31,376 bases of DNA from a virus (lineage: Duplodnaviria > Caudoviricetes). The number at the start of each line of letters is the position of its first letter. Within the stretch, counting starts at the first letter, position 1. Both the position numbers and the translations under genes were made by a program. Below the pieces are notes generated by a model. It had not been told where the DNA came from, did not search any database, and was given only the letters and a program-made list of their open reading frames with translations. The stretch is taken from the IMG/VR virus record IMGVR_UViG_3300021375_000107, positions 1 through 31,376 of that record, one strand, 5' to 3'. Shown in pieces: positions 26,932-31,376 of this stretch.

Positions 26932-27441
26932 TTATTTATTTATTAAGGGAAAAATAATTTTTCCATTATCTTCCAAATATTCCTTGTAAAGTTTTTTTAA
27001 ACTTTTTTGAATTTTTAAAGTTACGTCTTTTTCATTCCACCATAAATCAAATATTATTAAATTATATTTTTTTGAAGGAATATAGTTATATGCATCCGCT
27101 TCTATTATATTTATAGAATTGTCTAAATAGTCTACATAATCAATAAGTTCTTTATTTTGTTCTATAACATCTACAACACTACAGTTTTTTATATGCTTTG
27201 CATAATTAGGCAATAAACCCATACCTAACCCCATTATTAATATTTTATCAAAAACAGCGTTTTCATATAATTTATTTATTTTTTTACAATTTAAACAATC
27301 TCCTAAAAAAATTCTTCCATAATACTCTTTGTTTTCTATCCAATCACCATTAGCAAATGTCATTTTAGAAACTCCATTAACTTTAGTTACTTTAAAAGTT
27401 TTGCCGTTATATTTTTTTATTTTAGTTTCTTTTATTTTCAT
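26932..27441 (-). CDS. Class I SAM-dependent methyltransferase / spermidine synthase-like protein
   Basis: Motif I KILIMGLGMG, acidic motif II VDVIEQNKELI, NIIEADAY and KYNLIIFDLW. Confidence 0.75.
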   Translation of the reverse strand: MKIKETKIKKYNGKTFKVTKVNGVSKMTFANGDWIENKEYYGRIFLGDCLNCKKINKLYENAVFDKILIMGLGMGLLPNYAKHIKNCSVVDVIEQNKELIDYVDYLDNSINIIEADAYNYIPSKKYNLIIFDLWWNEKDVTLKIQKSLKKLYKEYLEDNGKIIFPLINK

Positions 27442-27442
27442 A

Positions 27443-28939
27443 TTAACATATTGACGTTGATGTTATTTCACCTGTATTGTTTGCAACTGTAAACTTAACG
27501 CCGTTAAATAAATTATCCCAAGCATAATTACCATTAGTTAATGGCGTAGTACCAGAAGAATTTGTGTAGACATTGTCACCAACGCTAAACCCTGTAAAAT
27601 ACCTTGTAGCACTCATTGTTTGACCACAAGCAAAAGCTGGTTTAGGATAAGCTAATTGAGTTGCAAGTCTTGCGGTAAGTGTTGTGCAAGTAAATAAAGA
27701 AGCAACAGCACCCGCAGTCCCTGTTATTCTAATTCCACCGTTAGAAGATGTTAAATAATAACCAGCCGCTAACACTGTTGTTTGAATTTGATTTATATAA
27801 CAAGTATCACCAACCCCTGGCCCAGTTGAAGATCCATTATGATAATACGTTTGATTAATTGTAGAAGAACACGCATTCGACTCGCTTGCTTGAACAGTAG
27901 ACGAACTAAAAGATTTAATTCCTGACGTACAATCTTTATCGTACCCATACCAGTCTGAAAACTTGTAGGGAGTAAAAGCGCCATTGTCATCACACGCAAC
28001 AGTTATATCAGCTTCTACATCCGTTGTATCATATGTTGTATTCCAAGTTCCGCCTGTTTGAACTGCTAACTCTCTCCAAGGGTATCTTACTGTTCCGCTT
28101 ACTGTAATATTAGAATTAACACCTAATCCTAATACAAATACTTTAATACCCCTAAATATAGAGGTGGCTGCTAAAACCTGTAATGCATCATAATCTGCTT
28201 GCGTAAAAGCATCATCCCCTCCACCTGGAGGAGCATCAGTAATCATAATAATATATTTAGCTGCAGTTGATCTAAAATCATTTACAAAATTTGTAGAATT
28301 AATAACCAATCCAAGGCCTATGTCCATTGGCTCTGGTGTACCCTGACCATTCCCTAATTGAATACAAGAACTTCCTGATACGCCTCCATCTAAGTTATCT
28401 ACCGCTGTTGTAAATGAGGTTCCGTTGTTTGTACTAGATGTGGGAAACATTTCCCAAGCAGTTATTATCTGATACTTCCCTGTACTACCTTCGTTATTAT
28501 ATTTTTGAGCTGTTGGTAAACTAGTATACTGAGTACAACTTCCATAATTTGGAGTTGCAGTAGTCATTTCATCTACAGTAATCATTGATAATCTGTAGTT
28601 ACTGCTTGACTCTGTGTTTATATGTGCTATTACAGAAGTAGCTCCATTTTTAACTTCAGTGATCTCACCACTCATACTACCAGTATAATCAATAATAAAA
28701 CATACATCTAACCCTTGTGAGCAAGGTTCGGTAGCGTCATTTGTTAAACTGCCTGTAGGATTTGGTAAGCAATCTCTATTTATTGTAGGATAATTTAATG
28801 TTGATCCTTTAGCTTGACCACCATTTACTATATCAAATAAAGACACAGTTCCTACGTTTTGACTACCATTGTAATCACCATAATAAGCTTCCCTTGCTAG
28901 TTTTTCTAAATAAAGTATTCCTGATGTTGGTACAGCCAT
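27443..28939 (-). CDS. Tail-associated protein with a von Willebrand factor A domain and two C-terminal Cys-bounded repeats
   Basis: MIDAS-type LDVCFIIDYTGSM, PEPMDIGL, YIIMITDAPP and IKVFVLGLG; C-terminal repeats AC...TYY...VGD..Y...T..L..GYY...C. Confidence 0.8.
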   Translation of the reverse strand: MAVPTSGILYLEKLAREAYYGDYNGSQNVGTVSLFDIVNGGQAKGSTLNYPTINRDCLPNPTGSLTNDATEPCSQGLDVCFIIDYTGSMSGEITEVKNGATSVIAHINTESSSNYRLSMITVDEMTTATPNYGSCTQYTSLPTAQKYNNEGSTGKYQIITAWEMFPTSSTNNGTSFTTAVDNLDGGVSGSSCIQLGNGQGTPEPMDIGLGLVINSTNFVNDFRSTAAKYIIMITDAPPGGGDDAFTQADYDALQVLAATSIFRGIKVFVLGLGVNSNITVSGTVRYPWRELAVQTGGTWNTTYDTTDVEADITVACDDNGAFTPYKFSDWYGYDKDCTSGIKSFSSSTVQASESNACSSTINQTYYHNGSSTGPGVGDTCYINQIQTTVLAAGYYLTSSNGGIRITGTAGAVASLFTCTTLTARLATQLAYPKPAFACGQTMSATRYFTGFSVGDNVYTNSSGTTPLTNGNYAWDNLFNGVKFTVANNTGEITSTSIC

Positions 28940-31311
28940 TATTTAATCTTTTTTTTAAGATGTTCTATTTCTGCTTTTAATTCTTTTATAGCTTCAAGTA
29001 ATATTGGTGTTATACCTTGGTGTCTCATTGACAACATACCGTCTGAGTTTTCTCTTACAAGCTCTGGTACAACTTTTTGTACATCTTGTGCTATAAAGCC
29101 TATATCTTCTTTTATATTTAATATACTATCAGACTCTTTCCAATCAAATGTAACACCTTGTAATTTAGTTACTTTATCTAATGCTGATTCAATTGGTTTT
29201 ATATTTTCTTTTAATCTAACATCAGAGGGGCTACCATAACCTATAACATCTCCGGCGCAAGTTAATTTATCGTGTACAAATCTTGCAGACTCAATCATAT
29301 TAGTACCATCATAATTTCTTATAGATAAATTATGAGATGAAAGTGTAAGTCCAACACCAGATTGATCATATATAGATGCATCTGTACTTGTTGGATTAGC
29401 TCCATTACCACTAAATATAATTTTAGCGCCACCGTTGTTAAGAAGCTTTAATTCTCCACCTGTGGACATTGAAAAATTAGTTGACATAAAATTTAAAACA
29501 TCAGGATTATCCCCTTCATCTAATCTTAACAACTCACGGCCACCAGTGTAAATTCTAAAATCATCTGCTGCGCTCCAACCTAAATATGAGTTTGTGTCTC
29601 CTAAATGTTCTAAGTATCTTGCTATTTGTAAATCACCATCAGCTTTCAGCCTCATTCTTTCAACCGATCCATCTGACTCGAATACTAAATCCATAGAATT
29701 CGCGTCTTTTGCTTCGCCATATATTTCAAAATCTGTATTAGCACCACCTGTCATACATCTAAATAACATACCTATTTGGGTCCCGGTCTCGGTGGCGTTA
29801 TTGTCTAAAATTAAAGCAATATTTTCTGCTTGTGCAGTGTTATCTTTAGAAACATGCAAAGGCACTGCCGGTGCATTTTCCATAATACCAACTCTTCCGT
29901 CTCTTCTAATAGTTATACCGCCTGCAGTTCCCCCAGATCCATCTCCGTGTATTTTAAGCAAATTATCTGCGCCTGCTCCTGCTCCATCGTGCTCTATAAA
30001 GAAACTTGCATCTCCAAGTATAGCTTCTGAAAATATAATTTTATTTGTTGTAGTTGCTGCGTTTGCTGCTAAAAGCTCTATAGTACCTTTACCCGCTTCA
30101 GATTCAATTGTTAATTTACTACTAGGGTTTGTTACCCCGATCCCTACGTCGCCTGCGGAATCAATTGTTACTTTTTGATCATCACTAGTATATAATTTAA
30201 TTTCTTTAGCCTCTTGGTTATTAATTATAAAATCACCATCAGCATCAATCCCTATAACCGTACCATCAGTTGACTGCTCTCCAGTTGTACCATTTGTAAA
30301 TTGTTGATAAACTGATGTTAACGCAGTCGAATTAGACAAGCCTAATCTAAAGTTAGGAGAAACTGTTCCGATTCCTACATTACCACCAGCTGTAAATCTT
30401 GTGTTAAAATTATTGGAACCAGTATTTAGGTCAATATGTCTATTATAACTATTATCTGTAGCAAAGTCAATACTCTGCATATTAGTTGAATCTACTCTTC
30501 CTTGTATTCTAACTGTTGTATTTTTCCAATCGGTCTCGTCAGCAGTTCTTATTTGCTTAAATAACAAATCCCATCTACTACCCATTAAAACTAAATTAGT
30601 GACAAAATCATCTTCATCATTACCTAAACCTGAGTCTTGCACCAACAACCTACCTTCTTCTGTTGTAGATCCTATACTTACGTTTCCTGATGTTTCATGA
30701 ATAGTAAGCCTTGTATCATCGCCTGCATCTCCACCAATAGTTTCTGCAATTTTAAAACCAACCCCCTCATCGACAATTAAGTCAAATGCAAGATTGTCAT
30801 TATCCGAATCTTCAAGTCTTATAGTGGCAGCACCAGATTGCTTAACGTGTATTGGTCTTGCAGCCGTATTACCTGCGCTTGAATCACCTGCCATAAATTG
30901 ACCAATAACTCTCGCCTGCCCATTAACCTGTAATTTGTTAGGGGCAGATAAAGAGGTAGAGTTAACGCTGACAGCTTCGTTTAAACTAATTTGGCTAGAT
31001 GTTATAATCATAGATTGAACAGTACTCCCGCTTGCTTTAAAAGCTATTTGACCAGTTGTATTATTAATAGTAAAAGCACCTGAGCCATTACCTGACATAA
31101 CCACATCTGTAGAACTACTTTCTAAATATAAATCGCCCGTTAAAGGATAATTTGACCCAGCTGAAAGTGGTAAATAAGGACCGTTGCCTATAGTATTCGC
31201 ATCACTCCAATTTATACCATCCGCTGTTGATATTAATACTTGACCCGCAGCTCCAGTGTTATTATTACTGTCTGCTAAATACTGCGTTGAATATGTTTTT
31301 CCTAATCCCAT
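28939..31311 (-). CDS. Tail fibre protein with C-terminal peptidase S74 intramolecular chaperone
   Basis: Repeated G[ND]V[GS]IG..P shaft motifs; C-terminus PSDVRLKENIKPIESALDKV..LQGVTFDW...IGFIAQDVQKVVPELV...LLEAIKEL (cleavage Ser near 29226). Confidence 0.88.
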   Translation of the reverse strand: MGLGKTYSTQYLADSNNNTGAAGQVLISTADGINWSDANTIGNGPYLPLSAGSNYPLTGDLYLESSSTDVVMSGNGSGAFTINNTTGQIAFKASGSTVQSMIITSSQISLNEAVSVNSTSLSAPNKLQVNGQARVIGQFMAGDSSAGNTAARPIHVKQSGAATIRLEDSDNDNLAFDLIVDEGVGFKIAETIGGDAGDDTRLTIHETSGNVSIGSTTEEGRLLVQDSGLGNDEDDFVTNLVLMGSRWDLLFKQIRTADETDWKNTTVRIQGRVDSTNMQSIDFATDNSYNRHIDLNTGSNNFNTRFTAGGNVGIGTVSPNFRLGLSNSTALTSVYQQFTNGTTGEQSTDGTVIGIDADGDFIINNQEAKEIKLYTSDDQKVTIDSAGDVGIGVTNPSSKLTIESEAGKGTIELLAANAATTTNKIIFSEAILGDASFFIEHDGAGAGADNLLKIHGDGSGGTAGGITIRRDGRVGIMENAPAVPLHVSKDNTAQAENIALILDNNATETGTQIGMLFRCMTGGANTDFEIYGEAKDANSMDLVFESDGSVERMRLKADGDLQIARYLEHLGDTNSYLGWSAADDFRIYTGGRELLRLDEGDNPDVLNFMSTNFSMSTGGELKLLNNGGAKIIFSGNGANPTSTDASIYDQSGVGLTLSSHNLSIRNYDGTNMIESARFVHDKLTCAGDVIGYGSPSDVRLKENIKPIESALDKVTKLQGVTFDWKESDSILNIKEDIGFIAQDVQKVVPELVRENSDGMLSMRHQGITPILLEAIKELKAEIEHLKKKIK

Positions 31312-31376
31312 TTAATATGTATTTCTTACTATGTTAACCCATTCGTATGTTGATGCGCCTGTTTGCATGCACATAT
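31312..31376 (-). CDS. Partial C-terminus of an upstream (probably tail fibre/structural) gene
   Basis: Open frame ...MCMQTGASTYEWVNIVRNTY* whose TAA directly abuts the ATG at 31311. Confidence 0.6.
   Translation of the reverse strand, partial: MCMQTGASTYEWVNIVRNTY

Noticed and set aside
29594-30178. 194-aa plus-strand ORF antisense to the tail fibre
   Set aside because: Ser/Pro/Ile-rich mirror of Gly/Asp-rich codons on the coding strand; a typical antisense shadow.
28939-31311. Diversity-generating retroelement target in the tail fibre
   Set aside because: I saw no reverse transcriptase and no template/variable repeat pair with adenine-specific mismatches in the window.
1-31376. tRNA or other structured RNA genes
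   Set aside because: Intergenic gaps are all under about 85 nt and contain only short hairpins; I recognised no cloverleaf.

Overview
A 31.4 kb, AT-rich, densely coding phage segment with every credible gene on the minus strand. It is the virion morphogenesis module of a crAss-like (Crassvirales-related) podophage, most likely infecting a Bacteroidetes/Flavobacteria host. In transcription order (right to left): end of a tail-fibre gene, tail fibre with a peptidase S74 chaperone, vWA-containing tail protein, SAM-dependent methyltransferase-like gene, GroEL and GroES, a winged-helix-like protein, a cluster of small basic proteins around an HExxH metallopeptidase, two unlisted micro-ORFs, a second GroES-like protein, terminase small and large subunits, portal, scaffold, major capsid protein, tail ring proteins, a large muzzle/stabilisation protein with Ig-like extensions, small Cys-rich proteins, and ejection/cargo proteins. 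Most striking is the 21.3-23.8 kb cluster. Its proteins consist of short segments delimited by S-P-x-K motifs (13 copies) and share FK[MLI]K N-terminal motifs with the peptidase and scaffold. One SPxK-delimited segment (GAALTGKKF.D) copies the N-terminus of a cargo-region protein encoded 22 kb away. This suggests an undescribed capsid-targeting and polyprotein-processing system. Second, a Cys-rich repeat domain appears to be split across consecutive gene boundaries at 1.9-2.7 kb. All family assignments come from motif recognition and synteny; no database searches were run.
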